From assembly GCA_008632985.1 (NCBI GenBank), contig QPGO01000005.1:765607-829606 (forward strand): a stretch of DNA of 64,000 nucleotides. Reading direction: 5' to 3'. Made by a program: the position numbers and the translations under genes. Below, in pieces: positions 47,001 through 58,242 of this stretch. How positions within the stretch are numbered: position 1 is the first letter of the stretch; each line of letters opens with the position of its first letter. The notes beneath the pieces are model-generated. The model worked only from the letters and a program-made list of their open reading frames with translations. It was not told the origin of the DNA and made no database searches. This stretch comes from Psammoneis japonica (lineage: Eukaryota).

Positions 47001-48356
47001 GGATTCCTGATCTACTTTGCCCCACTCCTTCTTTCTTCTTTCGTAAAGCCTCGCCAGATTATCAAGCTAAGCAACGTCTTGCCGCTTCCCGGGGAATGTA
47101 TTACATGACGAGCACGGCGATGATGATCATGGGCGATTCATTGGGTGCTCTTTCCAGTATTCTGACGGACTGTGGTCTCCACGATTATGTTGTATGAGGG
47201 ACTTTATCATGCCATTGTGACGGTTGTCCTGGTGTTGCTAGCTTCCCTGACACATTGATGACGTACTTGGATTTGTTCTTGCAGCGGGGTGTTGCACCTT
47301 TTGCTTGCGCTCGTGATCTTGGGCTGCCTCGAATTCCAACCACTCTGGCAATGCATTAGTCGCCCCGGATTGCAACACGGGATTTGGGGCGTGCCTGATT
47401 GACTTAGATCAAGGCGCTGTTTTGCTCGTTGCTCGTGGCGGTGAAACACCCAACTCGTTGACCAGCAGATGCATGTAGCGCCATTGTCGCTCTCCACCCC
47501 GACAAAGCTGCAGACGCGGTGGTTGACCTGTTGCCACACGGCGTCGCACCCCTTTTGCAATTGTGCCGTGCTGCGTCTTCGTAGGATTGTTCCCACACCG
47601 AAAAAAGGTCAAATCCAACGAAATGGTCAGAGCAAACAGCATTTCATGGTGCGACTTGTTTGATCGTCAAACTCCAGGGTACAATCTACCTCCTCAAGCG
47701 AGTGCCTAATAGTATATCTACTATTAGCTACTCTAGAGGACTTAAGCTAGACAGGGGGGTTATGATTCTTATTGCCTCGTCTCAAAACCTCGAGAAAGAA
47801 GGAAATTCCACTGTTTATAAAAAACTTAGAGAGGGATGAATGAACCTACAAACCCAACAAATAATGCAAAAACAACTCGACCTTCAACTCTAGTCTTCGC
47901 GTTCAAACTTGGTTTGGACGAACTTGGCTTTTGTCTTATCGAACTTCCTGACCTGGATACACATTGTGTTGAATTATTCCTACTGCGTATGATCAGTTCA
48001 ATTGGAGACACTGTAGCGTATTTGCACTATACAAGCAGTAGTGACATCAAGACTTGAAGATAGCAATGCGACGTAGAATCCTGCGGCGTAAGATTCACTA
48101 CGTACAGTAGGGCCCTATCGCACGGAGCAAGCAACCATGGCTGAGCACATGGTTCAGTGATGTCAAGTCTATTGTCTTAATCATGTTGTGTATTGGAGTG
48201 ATCCCTTTCCCCTACAGCATATGGCATTGTCTGGACCTTGGCTTTTATTGCGCGCCGTCATTCGACGGGATTTGGATCGATGCGCCAAGACGGAGACGAA
48301 GCACGTCCAACCAAGTAATTGTCAAAAGACACACCACGAAACAAAACAAGGTAACA

Positions 48357-49807
48357 CTAGCCAATCTTCTTTGCCCGCAGAAGCGTCCCGAGGGTTTTCA
48401 ATGTGACACTAAACTCGACGTGACCTTCCTCCTCGACTTCAAACTCATACTCCGATACCAATTTGTATATGATTTGGTTAATTTCCTCCATGGCAAGAGA
48501 TTGCCCCGGACAGTTGCGTCGTCCCAGACCAAATGGAATCATAGCCCGCAGGGCCTCCTTCGAAGGGTTCTTCCATCGTGAAGGAACAAAAGAATCAGCA
48601 TCTGTAAATACGCTTTCATCACGCTGTACCACCAAATTGGGTATGTGACAAGTAGAACCTTTGGGGATGTACATGTTCTCGTGAACAATGTCAGCATTGG
48701 TAACACGGAGGCCGCCAAGTGCGACAGCCGGATGTAGTCGCAAGGCTTCGCGGGTTACGTTTTTTAATTCAGGACAGTTGCGGGCTTCTTGCGCTGTTTT
48801 GCAAAGACGTAAGGCCTTACGCAGTCTGATCTGCTCAACCGGACACCGAGCCAGCTCCAACAAGATAAAGGCAAGGGTGTAAGATGTAGTGTCGTATCCA
48901 GCACCAAGAAAGACGACCAAATCTCTAACTCGTTGTTCATCGTTGGAATATTCCGGATCGTCCAACATCTTGCCTATCACAGTGTTACTGGGTGGGTTTG
49001 AATCCTCTTTGTAGACTGCAAGCATGCGATAGCAAAGATGAATTAAGTCCTTTGCGGCTCGTTTTGCTTCACGCCCCCTGGTAAAGGTCCACCAGAACCA
49101 CTTTCGAATCGGATTCTTGGCACATTCCTGAAAGTACTCCTCAAACCCACATTTAAGTGCTTGCAGGACCATATCTGACTCATTTTGAGTGAGCTGATAT
49201 CCAAACCCAGCCCTGCAGATTACGCTGACTGTTATTTTCTGCATCTCTTGAGCCACATCAATGGGACTTTACTCTTTACTGCCTCGTCGAGAGTGCCCGT
49301 AATCCAATATTCCAGGCACTCTTCAATGACCCGAGCAATCTGGGAAATGTTGGATGATGCAAAAAAGGGTGCTACAGCTTTTCGTACGTGCTTGGCTCGG
49401 TTGCCTTCTCTGCCAAAGAAATTCTCTCCCAACGTTAATGCTTCAAGTTGCTGATATATCGGAAGGAATTTGAGATTAGAGGGGTCCTCCAATACGCGTC
49501 GAGCCAATCTGTAGTCAGCAACAAGAAAAAAGTGCTGACCAGGTAGGCCTAATGGAAGTTCCACAACCTTACCCCCATTCTCACGAGCTATCTTTAGCAA
49601 AAAGAAGGGGGCTTGGCGACCATTAAATGCGGTCAAAACCCGAAAGAAGCTCTCGCGGCACTTTGGAGGAAAACAACGAGGAGGACTACACGCAAGGTCT
49701 TTTTTCTTCTTGGTGAATGGCAGAGACTTCCAACAAGCTGCAGACAGCAGGGCGACTGCAGCAAGGGTAGCATAGCGCTCCCAGTAAAGGTTCGTAAGCA
49801 TCTCCAT
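48357..49807 (-). CDS. Cytochrome P450
   Basis: N-terminal anchor, I-helix AGYDTT, K-helix EALR, PSRW, heme motif FGLGRRNCPG. Split by a 1-nt frameshift at about 49263-49265. Confidence 0.93.
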
Positions 49808-50338
49808 CTAGACTGCTTTGCCAGGTTCACGTGTGTTCTGTTTTGATTTGTAAAAGGGAGAACTACATACAGATATGTGTTGCGTCCTGTCCACACACCG
49901 CGGGCGAAACCAACTTTTTTTGAAATTGAAATTCTCCCTCCAACCTGACGTCAGTGGCAACAATTCAACATTCAAGAACGAAGAACTCTACCCTACACTG
50001 TATGTGAAAAAGCATAAAGCAAATTCTCAAAATTTCAAGTTGCAAATCAAAATGGCGCATGCTCCGTTTCCGATCATGACGACAATTGCATCCATAGACC
50101 TGGCTACTTCCTACACTACCATCGTCAAGCAACCGACTGCGCACTGCAGATCACTTCTGTTGAAGAACAATAACGAAATGATGCTCTCGCTGGGTGCTCG
50201 CGACTCGCGATTGTTGTCGTGTCGCGTATTGCAGTCGTGTTCGCGTCCGCATTCCTGCATGCCGATGAAAAAAAGTACCGTAGGACGCCAATGTAATGAA
50301 CAGTTGAAGAAGAAGAAAGTTGTAAAATATATCATCTC

Positions 50339-51367
50339 ATGACTTGGACCTGGGATCAATTTAATGTCAGTCTGCCGACTGATGTGTGGAAGTCCTTCCT
50401 GGATTGGTACGTTCCAGGAGCGATGATGGTAGGAACACTTCTCATTGTCTTTCTCTACCCGCTTCAGCATCGAGTGATGAACCATTTCTGTGCTCCATAT
50501 AGAAGTTTTGAGGCGGAGCAAGACAAACAGCTTGTTATCCTTCAGCACTCAGTCGAAGCCACCGTGTTGGGGGTGAGTTTCATCCCCCTTACGTACCTTA
50601 TCCTGAGCATCAACTTCCAAGAGCAAGATTTAGACCGATTGCACTACGTCGTTGGAATTACTGGAACCTTCATGTTCTGCATTATTGTTATGTTTCTGGT
50701 CGAGCTGGCAATGAGATTTCGCTACGCACGACCACTGGTGATTGCGCATCATTTATGCGCCTATGCAAACTCTGTGTTTCCAGCCTTTTGTCTCACAACG
50801 GCCAATATGAAAGCTGCATCTCTGCTCGTCTACTTTACAACCTATGAAGCCTTAACATTTGTGGGACTTGTGCTTTACCGTCTCTATCCAACACACAAGC
50901 ATACTCCGCGAGTGATATTGGCAGGCATGATTGTTTTCGGTGCTACCCGTCCTGTACAGCTGGTCTGGATTATTGGAAGCTTGGCGGCCACGTGGGCAGA
51001 TTTGGTCTTGTGGCAAGCTGTCATTCAAGTCATACTGTCGCTCGTCTTTACCATCCTTCAATGCTTCAGTCTTAAGATTCATTATGGCATTTATAGGAAG
51101 GTGACTCTAAGGATTCATCGAAGGGCCGGTTGCGATGGAAATGTCGAGAAGAATCTGCGCTCAGCAATATGTACCAGCAACGATGATGATGATGGAGAGA
51201 GTATACACGATTGCGATTCATCACCCGAGAACGAAAGTATAATGGACGAGGAATGTGGAGAGGCTGCGACAGACGCTGAAAAGGGAACTACAACGTCAGA
51301 GGAGGGAACGGAGGAAACCCAACAAGGAGAACAAGAGTTGGTTGGGGAATACAGCGAATTCGATTAG
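50339..51367 (+). CDS. Polytopic membrane protein (possibly TLC-domain-like) with acidic C-terminus
   Basis: 342-aa ORF with 6-7 hydrophobic segments and an 'IAHHL' motif. The family assignment is tentative. Confidence 0.7.
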   Translation: MTWTWDQFNVSLPTDVWKSFLDWYVPGAMMVGTLLIVFLYPLQHRVMNHFCAPYRSFEAEQDKQLVILQHSVEATVLGVSFIPLTYLILSINFQEQDLDRLHYVVGITGTFMFCIIVMFLVELAMRFRYARPLVIAHHLCAYANSVFPAFCLTTANMKAASLLVYFTTYEALTFVGLVLYRLYPTHKHTPRVILAGMIVFGATRPVQLVWIIGSLAATWADLVLWQAVIQVILSLVFTILQCFSLKIHYGIYRKVTLRIHRRAGCDGNVEKNLRSAICTSNDDDDGESIHDCDSSPENESIMDEECGEAATDAEKGTTTSEEGTEETQQGEQELVGEYSEFD

Positions 51368-51481
51368 AAACAAATAAAAATACCAATTTTGAAGACAAAT
51401 CGTCTACTTTTATTCTTGGTCATTCTCGAGTGCTGGATATGTAGCATACCTTTCTGAACAACAATGGCTACCGGGCATCGG

Positions 51482-53642
51482 TCAAGATGCTACTGCAAAC
51501 GCCGGGATTTCAGTTGACCATCCAGAACGTTCGGGAAGTGTCTTGTAAACTTCCTGAAGTCTCGCCGTAATCGGTCCCCGTGTACCGCTGCCAATGACAC
51601 GACCATCAATCAACGTAACCGGAGTCAATTCGCCCATGGTCCCCGTCGTGAACACTTCGTCTGCAGCATGAAATTCCGCCAGCGAGATTCTTCGTACTTC
51701 ACATGGAATGTTTAATTCCTCGGCGAGCAGAAGGACAGTCTGCCTGGTTATACCCGGTAGGCAGTGGTCGGCATGGGGGGTCAATAACACTCCATCATCT
51801 ACCATGAATATGTTTGTCGCATTGGTTTCACTAACGTAACCGTCAATGTCCAGCATTATGGCATCCTCTGCCCCTGCCAAGTTGGCCTGTATTTTCGGTA
51901 TTATGTTATTGATCATGTTGTTGTGGTGAATCTTTGAATCCACCGTCGAAGGAGGATTGCGTCGCTGGCTAGCAGAGATCAAGGTGATTCCTTTTGAATT
52001 GTCGTACGTAGTGGCACCCTGCGAGTTAAAATAGAGAGAGGCGAATGGCATGAGGGCCGATCCCCGGAATCCAACAGGACGATAACACAATCGAGAAGAA
52101 AACACAGCAGAACATACCTCCGTTGGTTTCCATTCAGCAAGAATGATAAGAGTCGTTCCGTACACATTAAACTTTGGATTCATTGACGATGTACACTTTT
52201 CACCTCTGCAGATTAAGGACGCAGAAAGCAAGGCAAACAATGAGACGCAGAACTTATCCAAAGTGTAACACTATGCTTTACTTATTCAACAAGCTCACCT
52301 CGTCAGAGTCAATCTCATGTGCGCCCCATCTCTCATACCATTCGCAGCGAGAGTTCTGAAAATCGCCTCTATAACTTCTTCCTTTGTATGTACGTTTTCG
52401 AATCCCAAAGCCTTGGCGGACTTGAAGAGCCTCCTCAAATGTCGTTCCAAGGAAAGAATCTTTCCCCGGTAGACCCGAAGCCCCTCCCACGCTCCGTCAC
52501 CACCCTGTACAGACGAGTCCCATGGACTTACTCCCGCCATGGCTCGTGGTACAAGGCGTCCTCTTCCTGGCGCCCCGATCCAAACTAAAATGTGTTCATT
52601 GCGTGGGTCCTCGTAGATTTCGCTTGGAGGTGGACCACGAGTTTTTGCACGCCTCGTTTGAGCTTGAAGAAAGTCATAAGCCGGAAGCGAAATCATTAAT
52701 GCTGGCATGAGAGAAGGATCCAGAGTGCGATACTTTTGTGGAGGACCATAAGATGAAGGGTAGGATGTGTTTTCGCCGTCGGTGTCGTCTCGACTGGCCC
52801 ACCCATCTGATTTGTGTACATCTGCGTACCACCACTGCGATCAAAGCCACACAAACAGATCGAATGATAATCCTTGTAAGTCATGCTGTTGAGAACTGGA
52901 TACCCAGACAAGACAACAGGCAGAAAATTACCTTTGCCCAAGGCCCGTCGCACTCGTGCGGTCCAGGTTTCCATTGTAGCATACGTTCGATAAAGGGAAT
53001 CGATAGATCACTGCAGAGCGCATCAAGCGTTGATCTGGGATCTGCTGCCAGCTCATCAGAATCCAACAGCACAATCGGTGGCGTATTATTATCTCGACTG
53101 CTGACGGTAGAATAGATGGAGAGCAACGGAACAATTCCTACTTCATCAGGCGTTGCGTCATTGCCATGCACTGAACCAGAGACCTTCCACGACGAGAGTA
53201 CCGAGACAGGGTCTCGAATCAAGAGGATATGGCGGTGAATAACTGTGCAATTAGTGATTTCATCTGTAAGAGCGCAATCATTCTCCAAATCATACAAGTG
53301 ACTGTGCTTCGCCATGTGCTTGAGGAACACGACGCCATCACCCGACTTTCGTGATTGCAGAATTTCAACAGCGTTCTTGATTCGTTCTGGTAGCGAAGGT
53401 TGCTCACGTTCCCAACGATAGCCTTCGCTTGGATCTGTATCTTCCGGAGGGACTCCCGTTGTCAGTGCCTCTGTATAAGGTCGAGTGACTTTTTCACCTT
53501 TCTCGATAAGCCATTCGCGATAGAGAGGCTCATCGATAGCAACACAGTCATTCCCTCGCGCTTCAAAAGAATATAGCAACGCAGTCGAGCGGGATCGGGG
53601 CGCAGACCAGCAATGGCACACTGTAATTGTCTGCTGCGCCAT
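51482..53642 (-). CDS. Sulfotransferase-like domain fused to class IV PLP aminotransferase (BCAT-like protein), 4 exons
   Basis: 'WSAPRSRSTALLYSF', 'KHMAKH', 'LIRDP', then 'DSSVQGGDGAWEGLR', 'KIHHNN', 'ETNATNIF', 'LPGITR', 'EVFTTGT'. GT-AG introns at 52931-52835, 52298-52206 and 52117-52019 keep the frame. Confidence 0.9.
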
Positions 53643-55227
53643 GGTCACTTCTTTACACCGTGGCGTTTGGCGTTGGATGGTCCTTGCGTGTGTTGTGTGT
53701 CTGTCTGTGTTGACATTCTCAGAGGTGTCCTTGTGGGTCATTCATCGGTCATTCACGCACCCCTAAAAGTGGGTGACGTATGCTCGATGACGCGGCTTGA
53801 AGCTTCTCATCTGCTTGTGTAGAACTCTGTAGAATTTGTACTGGATTTTTCAAGTCTTGGATACAACAGCACGAAATTCCGGTAGTTTGTATATTGCCAA
53901 ACATTTGAACATGGATGTTTTAATTATTTAAGTTTGCGCGGGAAAACGCGCCAGCAATGACCGTCCATTCGACGTCGGTTGGAGAAAGAAATTCTGATTA
54001 CGTCATCATTGCCTCATCATGCTTACGCCGACAGACGCTCTACTGCATCGTACCGTAGCCATTCTACTGATGTAGACTTCTGTAAAAAGTCTACTAATAT
54101 GTAGGACCTTATAATAATTCTACTTACACAAAATATCAGTATTTTCTGAACATACGCAAGTATTCGTGAAGCACTACGGTGGCTCTTCATAGATTTCGGC
54201 TCGAGGTGAGTAGGACGAGGGATTCGGAGGGTTGATTTTTGTCCAAGAACTTGTCTCCCCCTTCGAAGAAGTCCCGGATGTACATTTCGTACGTGGAATT
54301 TCCATAACAAATTGTACTGAACATAAACGGGTATGAACAGTCATTCAGACATTGCAGCAAAAAGACCGAAAAAGAAAGAACGGGGTCCCCCCGCACACCA
54401 AGTATGGCCGATTTCCCGGGGGTGAGCGGGCCAAATTTCGCCACAATTCATTTTCTCACCACGCGTACAGGTACGAACGTTTTGCTTGATGTGATGGATC
54501 GTCGAAAAGACATCCATGTATCGTCTCTCTGCTTCTATTCTGCAACGAGAGTGCCTATTTGCTTCCCTCGTATGCGTCGCTTGACTGATAAGTCACCTCG
54601 TTGCCGTCAACCATGGCTTTTGTTTGCCCTCGTCGCTATCGTTGTTTGTCGCGACCACCGATGTGTACATTTCTACGTGAATGTGGTATTGTTACGTCAC
54701 TGCTTCGGCATTGCCTTGATGGTGAATCGATGAAGAGACATCCAAGGTAGCGGCTCTGCTGTCACTGCTTGTCGCGACGAGGTCGAAATCATCTGTTGCG
54801 CATGTGGAGTAGTTCGTTGCGGCCTTGTGGCTCTTCCCGCCGCTTCTTTTCCAGGATACGTTGCTCGGCACGTTTTGTTACGTTACGCGTTGCGCGACAG
54901 GTCATGTGGAGATCATGCAACAAGTCAATTGATCTGTGATGTCGCACAAGCCTTGTTGATCCCTTGTTGTGTTCTTATTGCTATGAACGTGCCTCTGTTG
55001 TCTCTCGTGTCGACTTGCTGTCACCTTGACAATCATTGTGCATGGGTCGCGGCAATGTTATTTTCACTTGTTTTGATCAGAACGCATTACGTCAGCAGCT
55101 ATTATTTTTGATATTTTTGTTGTGAGTCACCAAAACGTCTTCCCACCCGTCTCACATTCTGCTCTCCCCTTCCTGAACAGACGCCGCTTTCTCTCTAGCA
55201 ATACCAATCTAACAAGTAGCAAACAAG

Positions 55228-56553
55228 ATGAAATTCGGAAGGACTCTACGCGAACAGACCTTGAAGGAATGGCGATTCTACTCTGTAGACTACAAGGCTC
55301 TGAAGCAGACGCTCAAGACGGCCTCATCAACAAGCGACGATTACAGTAATCCTTCTTCGAGTGGGGTGGACGAGGACAAGTTCTTCCAAACCCTAGAGGA
55401 ATCGAAGATGAAGGTTGCCAAGTTCTACCAGGAGAAGGAGAACTGGGCGATTGACTACATGAAGCTTCTCGAGGAACGCGTTCAGTCGCTTCGTGAAACT
55501 GCCTTGAACCTACCCGAGTCAGCCGATATCGACTCTCCATCATCCGCTTTGTCCGCTAGTTCTGACAGCTCGGTCTCTTCCGAAGAAGCGAGCACCCCTG
55601 CCAAGGTCAACGTTGACATTGTCTCTACCTTTTCCCCAACCGGTGCGATGGACTTGGACCTTGGAGACGAGCTCCAACAGCAGACTGGTGAATTTCTAAA
55701 GAACGAATACCGACGAATGGGAAAGTCGAAGCACTTCCACAACTACATCTACGCCAAGAAGTCCCTTACCACCTTCGCGCGTGAGCTTGACCTTCTGTTG
55801 GAGTTTCTCAGTCTAAACAAAACTGCTTTCTCCAAGATTTTGAAGAAGTTCGACAAGCGTACAGGATCCATGATTCGCGAAGATACCATGGACGAGCTTG
55901 CCAAGACTCATGCTTTCCTTGAATGCGAGTTGTTCACCGAACTCAAGGAACAGGTTGATGCTCTTATTGAGGAAACCAACTCTCTCAAGCCTCGCCTTCC
56001 GGAAGGATGGGAGAGCCGCAAGGTGTACACTATCGGTTGCTTCGATCTTTTCCACAGAGGGCACCAAAATGTTCTCATGGCCCTGCGTGAGTTTGGTTAC
56101 TTCATTTGCGCCGGCATCCACGATGACGTGAGCTACATCAAGCTCAAGAACAAGAGCACCATCGACAATCTCGAGACTCGAATGGCCAACGTCAAGCCCT
56201 TCGTCGACCAGCTCTTTGTCATTCCATCTACCGATCCTCTAATGTACGTCAAGAGCATGGTATCTGAGCAGGACATTGAGACAGGCGCTTGTTGCTACGC
56301 TCGTGGTGACGATATGCTCCAATTCCCTGGACGCGAATGGATCGAATCTGTCATGCCCGTTCACTTTGTACCCCGCACAGAAGCTTGCAGCTCCACCCTT
56401 ATCCGCACAATTTACCACTCCGATAGCATGGAACTCCGAGCAAAGGCTGCTTTCGCCAAGACACGCTACGATGGCAAGCCTGTTGATGAGGATGGCAATG
56501 TTCTCAAGCTCTCCCAAAGTTGCCCAGCAGGCATGCAAACGGTGAAAGCATGA
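55228..56553 (+). CDS. SPX domain fused to cytidylyltransferase-like (HxGH) domain
   Basis: 'MKFG...W...DYKALK' and 'LNKTAFSKILKKFDK' (SPX phosphate-binding and lysine clusters). 'GCFDLFHRGH', 'GIHDD', 'RGDD' and 'RTEACSST' (cytidylyltransferase signatures). Confidence 0.92.
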   Translation: MKFGRTLREQTLKEWRFYSVDYKALKQTLKTASSTSDDYSNPSSSGVDEDKFFQTLEESKMKVAKFYQEKENWAIDYMKLLEERVQSLRETALNLPESADIDSPSSALSASSDSSVSSEEASTPAKVNVDIVSTFSPTGAMDLDLGDELQQQTGEFLKNEYRRMGKSKHFHNYIYAKKSLTTFARELDLLLEFLSLNKTAFSKILKKFDKRTGSMIREDTMDELAKTHAFLECELFTELKEQVDALIEETNSLKPRLPEGWESRKVYTIGCFDLFHRGHQNVLMALREFGYFICAGIHDDVSYIKLKNKSTIDNLETRMANVKPFVDQLFVIPSTDPLMYVKSMVSEQDIETGACCYARGDDMLQFPGREWIESVMPVHFVPRTEACSSTLIRTIYHSDSMELRAKAAFAKTRYDGKPVDEDGNVLKLSQSCPAGMQTVKA

Positions 56554-57037
56554 GGCGTGGCCAGCTTTTCTGTCAATTTTGTGCTTGTGTCTCACCTGCC
56601 CGGCTACCAAAGGACGATCATTATAATCTGTTGCCTACTTTCATGTTTTGATATTCTGCTTCTCTTGATGTTTGGGCTTGTGCGGCCATTCAAGAGTTTA
56701 TGTGTATATGAAAGGGCGTTGAAAAGGAACAAACGCCTTGAACGGGACTTCATCAATTCTAATTTTATTGTAGAGAAATACTCTCGGACTATGTTTTCTT
56801 CGTCTCAACTAAATCGTCAGGCCTACACTCTAGCTCTTGGTAGAGCTAGGCTCGATGTATTAGAGTTCGATACTCTCGTACTAGCTAGCGGGGGTAAAAT
56901 AATAGACGATCGATTGTGTACGGTCGTAGGAGCGCGCTGTCAGCCCATCGGCCTTTTATTCTGGCGCGCGATGCCATGCCCGAGCGAGCTCTCCTGCTCT
57001 CATTCTTGACTGTAGCGACAATGATGTTGCGACGACA

Positions 57038-57574
57038 ATGATTCGAATCAATTACACCGAGTCAATCCTGGAGTTTGGAGCAGCTTCAGAAGAGAAGAAA
57101 GGAATGATGGCTTTGGGAGCAGGACAGTGGCTTGAATCCTTCTGTTTTCCAACTCTCAAACGGAAACATCCTACTGTGAAGGTGTCGCTCGAAACGAGGG
57201 ATGTGTGCATCGAGACTTTGCCAACCACCGAGGAATTATCGAATAATTCAGATGGTCTGTCATCAGAGCCTGATGAAGCTTATTGGCGGAAGCAAATAAC
57301 ATCTGCTCTCAAGAAGATAAAAGTAGAAGATTTGGGAAACATGGATGCAATGGAACTACGAGCCTCAATACCGGAACAGGATTCAGAAGGGCGAGGAATG
57401 GCGGACATGTTGGCATTGCAAAAGCAATTGTCAGTATGCGTCGTATTTTGTGAGAATCAGCATGTCCTACTCGTTGGCTCTAAAACTAAGCTCGAAAAGA
57501 AATGCTTTGTGCTTCGCAACATTCTGTCGCATTACCACTATAGACTTTCGGGTAAAGATGTTGCTTTCTCTTGA
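57038..57574 (+). CDS. Hypothetical protein (178 aa)
   Basis: Clean ATG-to-stop ORF with protein-like composition, no recognised motif. Confidence 0.6.
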   Translation: MIRINYTESILEFGAASEEKKGMMALGAGQWLESFCFPTLKRKHPTVKVSLETRDVCIETLPTTEELSNNSDGLSSEPDEAYWRKQITSALKKIKVEDLGNMDAMELRASIPEQDSEGRGMADMLALQKQLSVCVVFCENQHVLLVGSKTKLEKKCFVLRNILSHYHYRLSGKDVAFS

Positions 57575-58242
57575 TGCTGAGCGCCAATTGGAAGAAATGA
57601 TTTGCAGCCGATAAGCGGTGAACGCCATTTCTTAATTACTCTGTGATGAAGTTAACCTGCACAAATCGTCGAGGGCGTCTTTGGTGCGAAACCCTGGTTT
57701 TGGCCGCTTCTCTGTTCCTGCTTTGCGTGTGCTTGACCGTTTTGACCACTTCCAACTTCCCATTCAGCCGTCAACATTTATCATCTTTGTTGTTACAGCA
57801 AGTAGCTACTCTAGATCAAACTCTCTACAGTAGAGCTACTAGTAGTTACACTACTCTACTACTAGCTTGGGTTGAAGCGCTATTCTCTAGAGAGTAGACT
57901 GCGCTCTGTCCGTAGTACGACTGCATGCAACAGCCAATTCGTCAGCAAGTTTCCCGCCAACAGCCAACGCACAACGCGGAACTACGCAGCAAACAGCGAG
58001 AAAGGTGAGAGCTTAGTAGGTGACGAGAAGGGGAGAGCAAAGAACAAACAAAAAAGCACAAGGGCGGCGGCCGGTGGCGACATCATAGTATCACTGCAAC
58101 AGATAATAACAACGCCATTACAGTGGAGAATAGAGAATAGACCAGAAAACAAGATCGCTTTCGTAAGTTGCATACTCTCAACGTGGCCCTCATTTTCTTT
58201 GATCTGAAACTGAGTAGGGGATCGCTGTGCAGAGACGGGAAA

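Noticed and set aside
43144..47660. Fragmentary ORFs and possible exons (43244-43998, 45538-47200)
   Set aside because: Could be decayed or multi-exon genes, but I could not build a consistent model or recognise a domain.
49255..49270. Programmed frameshift or pseudogenisation of the P450 (and of AlaAT near 39672)
   Set aside because: Each gene is restored by adding one base, plausibly in a short homopolymer, and is otherwise intact. An assembly indel is the simplest explanation, to be confirmed with reads.
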